Shown: in pieces, positions 48,761-63,614 of the stretch
Layout: every line of letters starts with the position of its first letter
Numbering within the stretch: the first letter of the stretch is position 1
NCBI RefSeq assembly: GCF_009914755.1
Contig: NC_060928.1
Length of the DNA: 64,000 nucleotides
Reading direction: 5' to 3' (one strand)
Source: the human T2T-CHM13v2.0 reference genome, Homo sapiens
Notes under the pieces: model-generated
Told to the model about the DNA's origin: nothing
The model's input: the letters and a program-made list of their open reading frames with translations, nothing else
Database searches by the model: none
Position numbers and translations under genes: made by a program

Positions 48761-49605
48761 TTGTCCAGAGTTGAGTTAGCATCTTCCACAAACCTGCTTT
48801 TTCTCCAGTGTTTCTAGCTTAGTAATTGGCCCCACCATCCCTCTGGCTTCTCATGTTGGAAACCTAGGAGCCATATTTGATACCTTTTAATTCCTCGGCA
48901 ACCTACCCTCTACCCTGCCCAGCCAGTCACTGGGTCCAGACATCCTCTTGTCCTCTCTACTGGCCTGCCATAACCCTGGTGTAGGCCATCACTATCTCCC
49001 TCCTCAGTTGTACTGCAATGGTCTTCTAGCTGGTCCTCCTCCTAGCAGCCTTCCTTCTTCCAACCTATCTTTTATCCTGCTTCCTATGTAATCATGAAAG
49101 ATACAAATACATTTATGGCACATTCCTGCTTAAAATCCATTAAAGCTTCTCAGTACTTTTGGGCTAGAGCCTTTCTCTGGCCTGAAAGGCTGTGCACCTC
49201 ATGGCTTCTGCCAGCATCAGAGTTATTTTGGATCTTCTGGCTCCTTTTGCACCTGCTCTAACGGCCTTCTTTCAGTTCCTCGAAAGCTCTGTTCTCTTTC
49301 CTGCCTGTTTCTCACTTTGACACTCGCTATTCTTTCTGTCTGCCATACTCTACTCATTATTCATGTTTGTTTAAAATAATTTCCTCAAAGAAGCCTGAGT
49401 TAGAATCTTCTGTTAAACAGTTCAGTGGTATCTGCATGTTTTCTTTATAGCCCGTGTTATAGGTGCTTGGATTCCTCTCTTTGGATTTCTTACTTGCTAG
49501 ACTCTTAAAAGTCCATGAGAGCCAACAATTGGTCTTCAATCTCAAAAGCCTAGCTGGTGTCTTGACACATAACTAGCACCCAGTACATGCTTATGAATGA
49601 GTATT
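48760..49605 (+). mobile_element. L2 3' region
   Basis: Pyrimidine-rich L2 text ending …gtacatgcttatgaatgagt. Confidence 0.6.
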
Positions 49606-49923
49606 TGTACGTACACATTCATATAAAGATGTTAAAGAATACACACACAGATTTGTGAGTGCATTTGTACAGAGGTTTTTTTAAAAAAATGTTTTACCTT
49701 TGGGTAAGATTTGTCAGTGGTATATTTAGAAATTATATTTAGAAATGATTGGCATTTTTATTTGGGAGTATGTATATGTATTTATCATGGATTCTGTTCT
49801 GTTATTTTGTTTAGTATCCACTTGGTTCAGAATGCCCACAGCAGACACTGATCTGGTTCTGAATTGCTGTGTCCTTTCATGCCTTGTCCTCTGACCAGGT
49901 ACTGTTTCTCACTCCTATTCAAG

Positions 49924-50105
49924 GTAAAGAAACTGCGGCAATGAAAGCTGATCTCCTGAGGGCCAGGAACATGAAGAGGTACATCAACCAACTGACTGTG
50001 GCAAAGAAGCAGTGTGAGAAGAGAATCCGAATCCTGGGAGGCCCTGCCTATGACCAGCAAGAGGATGGGGCCCTGGATGAGGGGGAAGGGCCTCAAAGCC
50101 AGAAG
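49924..50105 (+). CDS. SNX25: SNX25 coding exon: (G)KETAAMKADLLRARNMKRYINQLTVAKKQCEKRIRILGGPAYDQQEDGALDEGEGPQSQK
   Basis: Acceptor ctcctattcaag (AG 49922-49923). Donor AAG|gtagaa at 50106. 182 nt, phase 1 in, phase 0 out. Confidence 0.93.
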
Positions 50106-51703
50106 GTAGAACTTTATAGTTTCTTGTTTTGACCCTACCAAGTTTATTATAAATGCTGATAGAACTACATATAAAGACTTTCAACTTTTTAGTATTGAAC
50201 TTAGACATGTGTGCCATAACTACACACTGACATTTGCTCTATGAGTCAAGGAGCTACATTCCTTGGTGTCCTTGACCTGTATGGGTGGTAATAGGTATAG
50301 ATAGGCCTTGGGTGTGTGCATGTGTGTGTGCGTGTGTGGATATTTTTCCATCTTCCCTTTGTCCTCCCCAGAGGACCCAGAAGAGCATATTTATATTTAC
50401 AAGACTCCAATCAAGTTTCCCATTATCAATTGAATAGAAATAACCACCTATGAAGTAGGAGGCATCTTCTAAATTATTTTTACTTAACTCTTGCCACAAT
50501 ATTATGAAATTTCTACTTGATATCTTCATTGATGAAATGGTGGGTTTAAGTATCTTGCCTAATACCACATAGATAGGAAAAGCTAGAACAAGATAAAAAC
50601 CCAGATCTGACTGGTTTGCAAATGTGAGTGCTTTCTCACTGAACCATAACATCTCTCTGACTGTTTTTGTACTGTAAAACTTCAGACTGTCTGTCAATAC
50701 CAACCAAATCACGGAGCTTAGGGAAGTGTTTTAGCCCTACCTCAGTACCTGTCCTAACTCTGAAGGACCAAACTTGTCTTCCAAGACCTGGAGCATACTA
50801 AGATAGAAGGAAGCAGCCACGTGACCCACTCAGGAGCTTAGCTGTGCCGTGGAAGGAACAGGACCTCAAAGCAGATGCCAGACTCCTCTCTGTAATGTGT
50901 CCTTTAGCTACAAAGAGGCCAACACTGGTATAATGTAACTCAAGCTACAGCCTCTAACCTCACTTGTTCTGATTTTCAGTCTCTTGATTCTTTCCTGTTT
51001 AGCTCTCGGTTCTACTTCAGCTACTCATCTGTGATGTTCCCCTGCCTCCCTATTCCAGTGATCAGCCTTGACTTTCTTAGTTTCTGGCTAGTCTCTGTTA
51101 GAGCCTCTGCAGGAAGGGCCAGCCCCAGCATACGCCAGGGTTCTACAGCATCTTACACAAGTGGTGCAAATGCAGCTCCAAGGAACTCTTGTTTTTATAA
51201 TCCTCTAACCACAGGAAGTCTGTTGATGTTGCTATTAGCAAAATAAAATAAAATAAAATAAAATTTTTGAGATACTGGCATTGTGTTCCAGATGGAAATG
51301 TAGCATTTTGGTGAATCAGAGAGATGGTAGATTTGACAGGTTGAATATTGCCCCCTTCCTCCTCCTCATTAGCTTTTTGGTTTTGGCCTCTTAGATTAAT
51401 TTCTAGCCACATTTATTGTAGATGAGGTCTTTGTCTTATGTCCCATTCATTCATTCATTCATTCAACAGACATTTATTGAGGGCCCACAACATCTCAGTT
51501 ACAGTGCTAGGTACTAGGATTAAAAATAAATAAGATAGAATCCCTGCTCTCAAAGAGTCCCATATAATTATAAAATAAAAAGGTAAGTGATCCAGTAGAG
51601 ATATGAGATAAATACCTAGGAGAAGCACATAATGGCTTGCTACCTAGTCAAAAGATGATATGCTTTTAGATGTTGTGGTACAGGAAGATCTCAAGAAAGA
51701 TAA

Positions 51704-52113
<410 letters not shown>

Positions 52114-52987
52114 TTGATTTGTTCTTTTCAGACATTCAGGAAAAGAGAAACTCATTTCTGTTGCAATAATTCATCCTCAGAGTAAAACCATTTCCTCTAA
52201 TCTTCAGGATGGAAGGCTAAGATAAGACAGAATTCCAATAGTTATGGTCATTTGCTATTTGAAAGGTAAGACTTTGGTTAGTTTGGGGCCATTCTGATGT
52301 CTTCATGAGTGGGAAGAAAACTTTTGCTATGACCTAATCATATGTGATCCAGAAGAATTACCATTAACTTTATTTCAGAATTTAGACTTCCAAATCAGGT
52401 TAATCCTCCAATTAAAAGAAAGATTCAGAGTGAATTTTTTAAAAGGCAAGGCAGTTATATGTTGCTTACAAGAAACTAAACATAAAGGCACAGATAAGTT
52501 GGAAGTAAGAGGGAAAAAGACATGCGAATACTAAGTATAAGAGATCTAGAGCAGCTACTGTGAATATCAGACAAAATAGACTTCGGAACAGGAAGTAGAA
52601 CCAGAGATGAAGAACCTTTCATTATGATAAAGGAGTCAGTTCGTCAGGAAGATAGAATAATCAAATGTTCTCAATCAATAAAGAGACCTTTAGAGTGTAC
52701 ATGAAGCGAAACCTGACAGAAATGAGAAAAAATGTCACAAGTAGAGTTGGAAATGTTAACAGTCCCCCTCAGTAATATCAGTAATAGGAAAATCTGGAAA
52801 ATTCCCAAATATTTGGTAGCATATCTAAATAAGGCTTCCATCAAAGAAGAAATTATAAGGAAAATTAGGAACTATTTTCAATGGAGTGAATATGCAATAT
52901 ATCCCACAATTATTTGTGGGATACATTATGATATGTATATTGTGGGATATATTGTGCAGTTAAAGCACCACTTACAGGAATTATGTA

Positions 52988-53421
52988 CAGTTGGCCCTTG
53001 AACAATGTGGGGGTTAGGAGTGCTGACTCTCCCCTGAGCAAAAATTCACATATAACTATGGAGTCTCCAAAAGCTTAACTGCCCATATCCTACTATTAAC
53101 TGGAAGCCTTACCAATAATAGTCAGTTAACACAGATCTTGTATGTTATGTGTATTATATACTGTACTGTTAGAATAAAGTAGGCTATAAAGACAAATGAA
53201 AATGTTACTAAGAAAATCATAAGGAAGAGAAAATATTTTTACTACTCACTAAGTGGAAGTGGATCATCACAAGGGTTTTCATCCGCATCATCTTCCTGTT
53301 GTCTAGGCAGAGCAGGAGGAAGAGGGGTCAGTCTTGCTGTGTCAGGGGCGGCAGATGTGGAAGAAAACCCTGTACGAGTGGGCCTGTGCAGCTCAAACTC
53401 ATGTTGCTCAAGGGTCAACTG
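52988..53421 (-). mobile_element. Tigger2a/MER28, full-length 434 bp
   Basis: TIRs CAGTTGGCCCTTGAACAA…TTGCTCAAGGGTCAACTG with TA flanks. Confidence 0.9.
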
Positions 53422-53496
53422 TACTTTTTAATGCTTATAGCAGAAGCGAAGAAAGGTATGAAATCAGTGATCTAATCTTTTAAGAAGCTATAAATT

Positions 53497-53632
53497 GGCC
53501 CAGTGAGGGGGCTCATGCTGGTAATTCCAGCACTTGGCGGGCAAAGACAGGAGGATCGCTTGAGGCCAGGAGTTAGAGACCAGCCTGGGAACATACAAGA
53601 CTCCCCTCTCTACAAAAAAAAAAAAAAAAAAA
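53497..53632 (+). mobile_element. FLAM_C-like monomer
   Basis: Single left arm plus A tail. Confidence 0.8.
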
Positions 53633-53866
53633 ATTAAAAGAAGCTGTAAATAAAAACTAAAATAACTAGAAGGAAGGAAAGAGAAAAGATACAAATTGCC
53701 AGTATTAGGAATGAAATAGGACATCACTAACAGATGCTACATACATTCAAAGGAGGCTAAGGGAATAATGTGGACAACTTCAAGCCAATAAATTTGACAA
53801 TTTAAATGGAAGAGACAAATTCCCTGGAAGACACAAATTACCAAAACTGATTCAAAAAGAAATGGA

Positions 53867-54199
<333 letters not shown>

Positions 54200-54235
54200 T
54201 TATTGAAGAATATAATAATAATCTAAAACCTTCCC

Positions 54236-54890
<655 letters not shown>

Positions 54891-55559
54891 TAAATTCTAT
54901 AAAACATGTAAGGAAGAGATAATACCAATCTTAACCATACTCTTTCAAAAAACGGAGAAGGGAACACTTCAACTCATCCTAGGAGGAGACTAGCACAATT
55001 CTAATACCAAACCAGAGGAAAAAAAAACTTCAAAATGGTGTCTCTCATGACCCTGGACAGAAAAGTCCTTAACAAAAATACTGGTAAATCAGATTCAACA
55101 ATCTGTAATTCACAAAGATAACATCAGTATATGTTCTCCTGACAGTGGGTCCTTAGTATAATCATTGTCTACTTCATTTCTTTGCAATGCTATTATTAAG
55201 GCTTGATGGAATATTTATTTTTTAAACAGCTTAATTAAGGTATAATGACATGCAATATACTGCTCATATTTAAAGTGTACAATATGATAAGTTTTGACAT
55301 ACACATATATTCAATGAAACCATTGCCACAATCAAGATAATAAACAGATCCATCACCCACAAAAGTTTTTTATGTCCTTTGTAATTTCTCTTTGGAGCCC
55401 AGTTGAGAATCACTGCTAATCCTTTTATCCATATTTATGTAACTAGAAAGTGACTTCTTAACTATCCTGATTTTTGGCACTTATCAGTGCCTTCTCTTTC
55501 TCCTGGTTCAGGCTCTTCCTGATTAGTTTTTGTTGTTGTCTTTCGTGATTCAGAACAGT

Positions 55560-55750
55560 TATTATTAACAAGTCTCCGAACAACCTGGAAAGTAGATGGT
55601 ATTATTCACATTTTATGGGTGAAAAAACTGAGGCGCAGAGAGATAGAGTAACATAGAGCTCACAGAACTGGAAAGTCGCAGAGTCAGGATTGAAACCTAC
55701 ATGTATCTACCTCCAAAGCCTGAGCAACTCTAACTGCACAGTGTTGCCTT
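55560..55750 (-). mobile_element. MIR SINE
   Basis: attttatgggtgaaaaaactgaggcgcagagag…gagtcaggattgaaacc. Confidence 0.75.
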
Positions 55751-56321
55751 CCTATCTTGCTTTGTTTTGAAAACAAAAAGTCTGTGTTGCCTTATCTTTT
55801 TGCAAGGTAGCACCCCCCACACCAGTGGCCCCAAAATGGAAAGATGGAAGGAAGAATTAAAATAAGGGTTGAAGAGGAAATGGAAATAGGAGTACATGGA
55901 GTTTGGAAATCAGTGGCAATAAATGGCAGATCTTTTCTTTAAGGCCAATTTACATATCAGTTTACTTATTTGACCCAGGGTCAAGCCAAAATGAACACTG
56001 CCAAATGCAGCCAGGACTCGACTTGAGTGTGAAAGGGTTTCCTGGCTCTTTCTGTTGATACTGGAGTTGTTGGCCCATCTTCCCTAGCCAAATTGATATG
56101 GGTTCCTTTAAACCTCTTTGGAGCATGTACAGTTAGGATTTTGTGCTTCAAAATGCTTCACTGGTAGAGTTTACATAAAGTCAAATGTTATAGTGTTCCA
56201 CAGCTAGTAAACTAACTAAATATTATTGGTCTGAAATATTTATAGAAACGAATTATTAATGGTCTGTAGCAAGGGATATCCAAGTCCTTAGTTACTAGGA
56301 GCTGATAGAAAATGCCTTCCC

Positions 56322-57244
56322 TGGCAGCCTATAGAATGGGAGAAAGTTTTTGCAATCTACACATCTGACAAAGGTCTAATATCCAGAATCTACAAGGAAC
56401 TTAAACAAATTTACAAGAAAAAAACAACCCCATCAAAAAGTGGGCAAAGGATATGAACAGACATTTCTCAAAAGAAGACATTTATGTGGCCAACAAACAT
56501 ATGAAAAAAAAGCTCATCATCACTGGTCATTAGAGAAATGCAAATCAAAACCACAATGAGCTACCGTCTCACACCAGTTAGAATGGCGATTATTAAAAAG
56601 TCGGGAAACAACAGATGCTGACGAGGCTGTGGAGAAATAGTAATGCTTTTACACTGTTGGTAGGAGTGTAAATTAGTTCAACCGTTGTGGAAGACAGTGT
56701 GGTGATTCCTCAAGGATCTAGAACCAGAAATACCCTGTGACCCAGCAATACTGTTACTGGGTTTATACCCAAAGGATTATAAATCATTCTGCTGTAAAGA
56801 CACATGCACTTGTATGTTTATTACAGCACTATTTACAATAGCAAAGTCATGGAACCAACCCAAATGCCCATCAATGATAGACTGGAAGAAGAAAATGTGG
56901 CACATATACACCATGGAGTACTATGCAGCCATAAAAAAGAATGAGTTCATGTCCTTGCAGGGACATGGATGAAGCTAGAAAACGAAACACCACATGTTTT
57001 CACTCATAAGTGGTAGTAGAACAATGAGAACACATGGACACAGGGAGGGGAACATCACACACTGGGGCCTGTCGGGGGGTGAGGGTTAAGGGGAGGGAGA
57101 GCATTAGAACAAATACCTAATGCATGTGGGGCTTAAAACCTAGATGACGGGTAGATAAGTGCAGCAAACCACCATGGCACATGTATACCAGAAACTTCAC
57201 ATTCTGTTCATGTATCCCAGAATTTAAAGTAAAATTTAAAAAAA
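56322..57244 (+). mobile_element. 5'-truncated L1PA (ORF2 end plus 3'UTR)
   Basis: agaatgggagaaagtttttgcaatctac…aatccttaaaaagtggg-type L1PA text, G-rich 3'UTR tract, ending cccagaatttaaagtaaaattt plus A run. Confidence 0.92.
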
Positions 57245-58086
57245 GAAACGTACTGGAAAATCTGAATAGACCCTCTGCTGGAAGCATTATGAAAAGTAAA
57301 TAAATGGATATACTGCATCATCCTCAGAAAAAATAAAAAAGAAAGAAAATGCCTGCCCCCTTCTGCCCACAAAACAGATTAAGCAGGGGCTCATTGTTGG
57401 TGTCAGAAGAGTTGAGTGTAATACACTGATGGTATGCACTTGATTTTAGAAATATCTTACTGGTGACATTTCTGAAAATTTGCCAACTCATAATTTTAAG
57501 AATTTCAAAATGTAAGTTTTTATTTAATTGCATTTGAATTCTACTAATTGCATGTAATTTTTTATTACTAATTCAGAACTAAGAATATAGGCCTTAAATT
57601 CCTCCTAAATTAATGTGAGGCATTTTTCCTAATTCATTGTCACGAATTATTATGAAGGTCATCTGCTGTATTACAGCAGTCCATACTCGATTGTTCCTTC
57701 TGTGTCTTCAGATAGGTTCTTTTTCTTTTCCTGTGAGTATGTAAAACAGCAAACAAGTAGATGGGCTTATTTTGGTACATCCATACGGAGGAATTTTATG
57801 GGCTTATTAAAAGGATGCTTACAGGAGATTTTTTTAATGAATATGGTTGATACTGTAAACAAAAAGGCAGGGTATAACATTATTTGTAGATCCCTCCAAT
57901 AGATAAAAATAAGATGGAAAACAAAAACGTGAAACTATTAGATCCCAGTGTCCTTGTCTTTTATACATTTCTCTTCAATTTTTCCATTATTGGCACTTAC
58001 TATTTTTAGCATAGAATGTGCATCCCATAGGGTAGGGATTTTTATCTGTTTCATTCCTAGAACTGTACCTGATACCAAGTAAATGC

Positions 58087-58988
<902 letters not shown>

Positions 58989-59165
58989 ATGCCAAATAAA
59001 TCTTTGTCCAGTGAGTGAATGGTTAATAGGAAATTGGTATTTTTTCAGTATGTGCATTTTAAATATTCAGTAAGCTTTATTCTATTTAAAATGTAGTAAG
59101 AGGTATTTCAGTTTACCAGGAGTACTATATTACATCAACTCTGACCTTAAAAAATGCATGTTTTC

Positions 59166-59878
59166 AGCTCAGCATCACTGATCATTAGAGAAATGTAAAT
59201 CAAGACCACGATGAGATACCATCTCATGCCAGTCAGAATGGCAATTATTAAAAAGTCAAGAAACAATGGATGCTGGCAAGGCTGTGGAGAAATAGGAACG
59301 CTTTTACACTGTTGGTGGGAATGTAAATTACTTTAACCATTGTGGAAGACAGTATGACGATTCCTTGAGAATCTAAAACCAGAAACACCATTTGACTCAG
59401 CAATCCCATTACTGCATCTATACCCAAGGGAATATAAACCATTCTGCTATACAGACACTTGCATGTGTATGTTTATTGCAGCACTGTTTACAATAGCAAA
59501 GTCATGGAAGCAGCCCAAATGCCCATCAGTGATAGACTAGATAAAGAAAATGTGGTACATATACATCATGGAATACTATGCAGCCACAAAAAGGAATGAG
59601 ATCATGTCCTTTGCAGAGACATGGATGAAGCTAGAGGCCATCATCCTCAGCAAACTAACACAGGAACAGAAAACCAAACACCACATGTTCTCACTCGTAA
59701 GTGGGAGCTGAACAATGAGAACACATGGACACAGGGAGGGGAACAACACACACCAGGGCCTATTGGGGGTGGGGGCAAGGGGAGAGAACTTAGAGGACTG
59801 GTCAATAGGTACAGCAAACCACCACAGCACATATATACCTATGTAACAAACCTGTACATTTACTTAAATAAATAAATA
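59166..59878 (+). mobile_element. 5'-truncated older L1PA 3' end
   Basis: catcactgatcattagagaaatg…catggatgaagctagaggccatcatcctcagc…atgtaacaaacctg. Flanking AAAAAATGCAT(G)TTTT repeats. Confidence 0.9.
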
Positions 59879-60022
59879 GTAAATTACTACAATAAAATTT
59901 TACTTTATTCCTTTAAAAAATGCATTTTTACCCTAAATGTAGAAATCAGTCCATTGGAAGTTAAAGCAAACTGACATTTAAAATTCGATTTTAAAAAAAG
60001 TTTTCTTAAATTCTCTTAATAG

Positions 60023-60154
60023 ATTCTTCAGTTTGAAGATATCTTGGCCAATACGTTCTACCGAGAGCACTTTGGAATGTACATGGAAAGGATGGACAAA
60101 AGAGCTCTGATTAGTTTTTGGGAATCTGTGGAACATTTAAAGAATGCTAACAAG
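60023..60154 (+). CDS. SNX25: SNX25 coding exon (RGS domain start): ILQFEDILANTFYREHFGMYMERMDKRALISFWESVEHLKNANK
   Basis: Acceptor ttctcttaatag (AG 60021-60022). Donor AAG|gtagta at 60155. 132 nt, phase 0/0. RGS-like 'F..YM…FW..VE' pattern. Confidence 0.94.
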
Positions 60155-60511
60155 GTAGTATATGTAGGCTGAAAGGAATATTAATCACTAGCTGATGTAA
60201 ACTTGGCATGTGAGGCAGCATGTCTGTTTTTCTCAAGATAAGTATACATTAAAAATATTTTAAACCAAATATAATACTGACATTATGTTCTAGCCCATAA
60301 TGGCAAATAAAATTACATTATATTTTTACAGAAGATTCTTTTGAATGTGTAGTCAAGGGAAAAAAGGTTTTATAAATGTACCAAGAGATTGAATTTAGTT
60401 TTGGGTATTTTTTTTACACATTGTAAAAAGACATATACATATCCACATTACTATTATAATGAATTTGGCCCCCTCACCTACACTTCAGTCTCATAATCTT
60501 GCCATTTATAA

Positions 60512-60874
<363 letters not shown>

Positions 60875-60999
60875 TAAAGGAAAATAAAATTATTTTGGGG
60901 TACACATACATCTTACAGTGAAGATCCCAATAATCAGCATCATGCTTTGCATTTGGCAATAAATATTTAAGAATTAAGTGTACACAGTCTTTATGTATA

Positions 61000-61334
61000 C
61001 AGTCAGCCTTCCTTATCTGTGGGTTCTATATCTGTAGATTCAACCAACCATGGACTGAAAATATTTGGGGGGAAAAAAACTGCATCTGTACTGAACATGT
61101 ACAGACCTTTTTCCTTGTCATTATTTCCTAAAAATACAAAATCAGCCATTTACGGAGCATTTACGTTGTATTAGGTATAAGTAATCTAGAGAGGATTTAA
61201 AATATATGAGAGAATGTACATAGTTACACGCAAAAACGCTGCACCATTTTATATCAGGGACTTGAATGTCCTCGGATTTTGGTATCTTCAGGAGATCTTA
61301 GAACCAATCTTCCATAGATCCCGAGGGGCAACCG
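61000..61334 (+). mobile_element. MER2 (TcMar-Tigger) DNA transposon
   Basis: TA-flanked cagtcagccttccttatctgtgggttc…gatcccgaggggcaaccg. Confidence 0.85.
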
Positions 61335-61440
61335 TATATGTATGTATATGTCTGTAAATGTACACAATAATATCTATAACATGTGACATATGTGATCAGT
61401 ATATACTATTGTAAGAGGTTTATTAAAATAAGTACCAAGA

Positions 61441-61735
61441 GGCTGGATGCGGTGGCTCACGCCTGTAATCCCAGCACTTTGGGAGGCCAAGGTGGACAGT
61501 TCACAAGGTCAGGAGTTCAAGACCAGCCTGGCCGACATGGTGAAACCCTGTCTCTACTAAAAATACAAAAATTAGCCAGGCGTGGTGATGTGGGCCTGTA
61601 ATCCCAGCTACTTGGGAGGCTGAGGCAAGAGAATTGCTTGAACCTGGGAAGGTGGAGGTTGCAGTAAGCCGAGATCACGCCACTACACTCCAGCCTGGGC
61701 GACAGCAAGATTTGGTCTTGGGGAAGGTGGGGGGG
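61441..61735 (+). mobile_element. AluS with a G-rich tail in place of poly(A)
   Basis: Forward dimer. TSD AAGTACCAAGA/AAGCACCAAGA (61430/61736). Confidence 0.88.
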
Positions 61736-62817
61736 AAGCACCAAGAGCATATTGTACACTGAATTACTCATTTTCATATGAATGTTGCCAGAATAGACTG
61801 CCAAATATATTGTAAGTCACAAACTATATTTGTTAAGGAACTAAATCCAGTCCTATAGTGTCTTTAAATCTTTTATTGTTAATTTACAAGCCCCAAATTA
61901 CCTAATTTTATCCAATATTGTAGTTGCTAACTCTATTACTCATTTTATTCACCAGTTTTGACTCCACATAACTTCTGGTTGTTCTCAAAGGAATATTGTA
62001 AAGAGCAATCTAAAAAGGTTTTCCTAAACTATGGAAGAGAATTTGAAATATTTCAATGGAGTAAGAGCAGCTAGCTTCCTCGAAATAGCCTTATTTTGAT
62101 CTAGCAACATTGATTTGGATGTTAACATTCTGGGATGTATGTTAAATTAGTTATGTTCATTAAGTTGTATGCCTTTGCTCTTTACTATTGTTGAAAACTG
62201 CGTAACATTTCTAGAGTTAATGTAATGCCTCTAGAGGAACTGTAAAGATTATGTTAATCCAAAGAGATGTTTTGCATTTCTGAAGTAGGCTGGTGATGAC
62301 ACAGGCTCATTGCTGAAGACAAAGCTGTCTAATATAAGCTTGACTAGGACATAATCATTCTGAAGTAGTCATTCTGAAGAGTGTTTTTCTCGTTTTTCTG
62401 AGTTACACAATTATTATATTGACTTCTTTCTGGGATGAGAAATGGCACTTCTAGTTACTTATATTAGGTAAAAAGTTAAATTGACATTAGCTAATACATT
62501 TTCTTCTTGTGGAATTGAGATTTATGAAAAGGAATCTATTGCAGGAAGAGAACTGTTCTTATTCTGTTTTTGCCCCCTCCAGTGTTTAAAATAAATTGCA
62601 GGTGTTAACTGTTCAACATGTTCATTTAAAGAATTAGTTTTTTTTTTTTTAGGATCTGACATTTGCTCCTTGACCCTGAATATGGACACAAAATTCTACA
62701 TACCAGGGTGCATCTTAAATGTCTTTCTTCTGACTTTCAAATGCAAATAATTCAGAGAAAAATAATTTCTCTCAGAGATGATATGTCTTACTTTTCCTTA
62801 TCTTCCTGTCTTTTCAG

Positions 62818-63090
62818 AATGAAATTCCACAATTAGTTGGTGAAATTTATCAGAATTTCTTTGTGGAGAGCAAAGAAATATCTGTGGAAAAATCACTTTA
62901 CAAAGAAATTCAGCAGTGTCTTGTAGGAAATAAAGGTATTGAAGTATTCTACAAAATCCAGGAAGATGTTTATGAGACCCTAAAGGATAGGTATTACCCT
63001 TCATTTATTGTCAGTGACCTGTATGAGAAATTGTTGATAAAAGAGGAAGAAAAACATGCCTCACAGATGATTTCCAACAAGGATGAGATG
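62818..63090 (+). CDS. SNX25: SNX25 coding exon (RGS domain): NEIPQLVGEIYQNFFVESKEISVEKSLYKEIQQCLVGNKGIEVFYKIQEDVYETLKDRYYPSFIVSDLYEKLLIKEEEKHASQMISNKDEM
   Basis: Acceptor cctgtcttttcag (AG 62816-62817). Donor ATG|gtgagt at 63091. 273 nt, phase 0/0. RGS C-terminal motif 'YYPSFIVSDLY'. Confidence 0.95.
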
Positions 63091-63193
63091 GTGAGTCACA
63101 TTTAACTTTCTGCTCCTTTTTATTGGATAAGCTTTTAAATATGTTTAAGTGGGTGCATATTGTGTGAGCCAAATTTGATGCACATCTTCATCT

Positions 63194-63274
63194 TTTAATA
63201 TACAGGACCTTAAATAGAATAAAAGTAGCATCGTTTAATATACAAGACCTTAAATAGAATAAAAAGTAAGCATC
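63194..63274. repeat. ~40-bp tandem duplication, each copy containing AATAAA
   Basis: TTTAATATACAGGACCTTAAATAGAATAAAAGTAGCATC followed by TTTAATATACAAGACCTTAAATAGAATAAAAAGTAAGCATC. Confidence 0.92.
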
Positions 63275-63614
63275 AATAACCTTGTCTCTGGTTGTATGTA
63301 TTTCTTTCTTCCCCTTTTATCCTCTGACATACATCTTCCCTCATGCTGGCATTGAGTCAGAGACCTCCTGCCCTCTGTCTGTTTTAGATACACCTCTGGT
63401 CTGACTCCTGAAAAGTGAGGGCAGAAAGTCTGTAGGGTGGGACATTTATGGGTTAGACCAGCTAAGAAAATCAGTAGAACTATATAGCCCTGGAAGAGAG
63501 AAGGGATGGGGAAAAAATGAGGAGAGGTAGGGAATGTGGGAGAAGTTAAAGGAAATATTTTGGAGTTTAAAGAAGGCAGAAGAAATTAAAATGCTCCAAA
63601 AGAAAACTTCCTAA

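Noticed and set aside
49869-49923. N-terminal extension MSFHALSSDQVLFLTPIQ of the exon ORF
   Set aside because: Intronic polypyrimidine tract read in frame. The true exon starts at 49924 to match the phase of the previous exon.
50254-50712. 152-aa minus-strand ORF, the longest in the track
   Set aside because: No homology recognised; it includes a (CA)-repeat-derived HAHTHAHT and probable MIR-like sequence.
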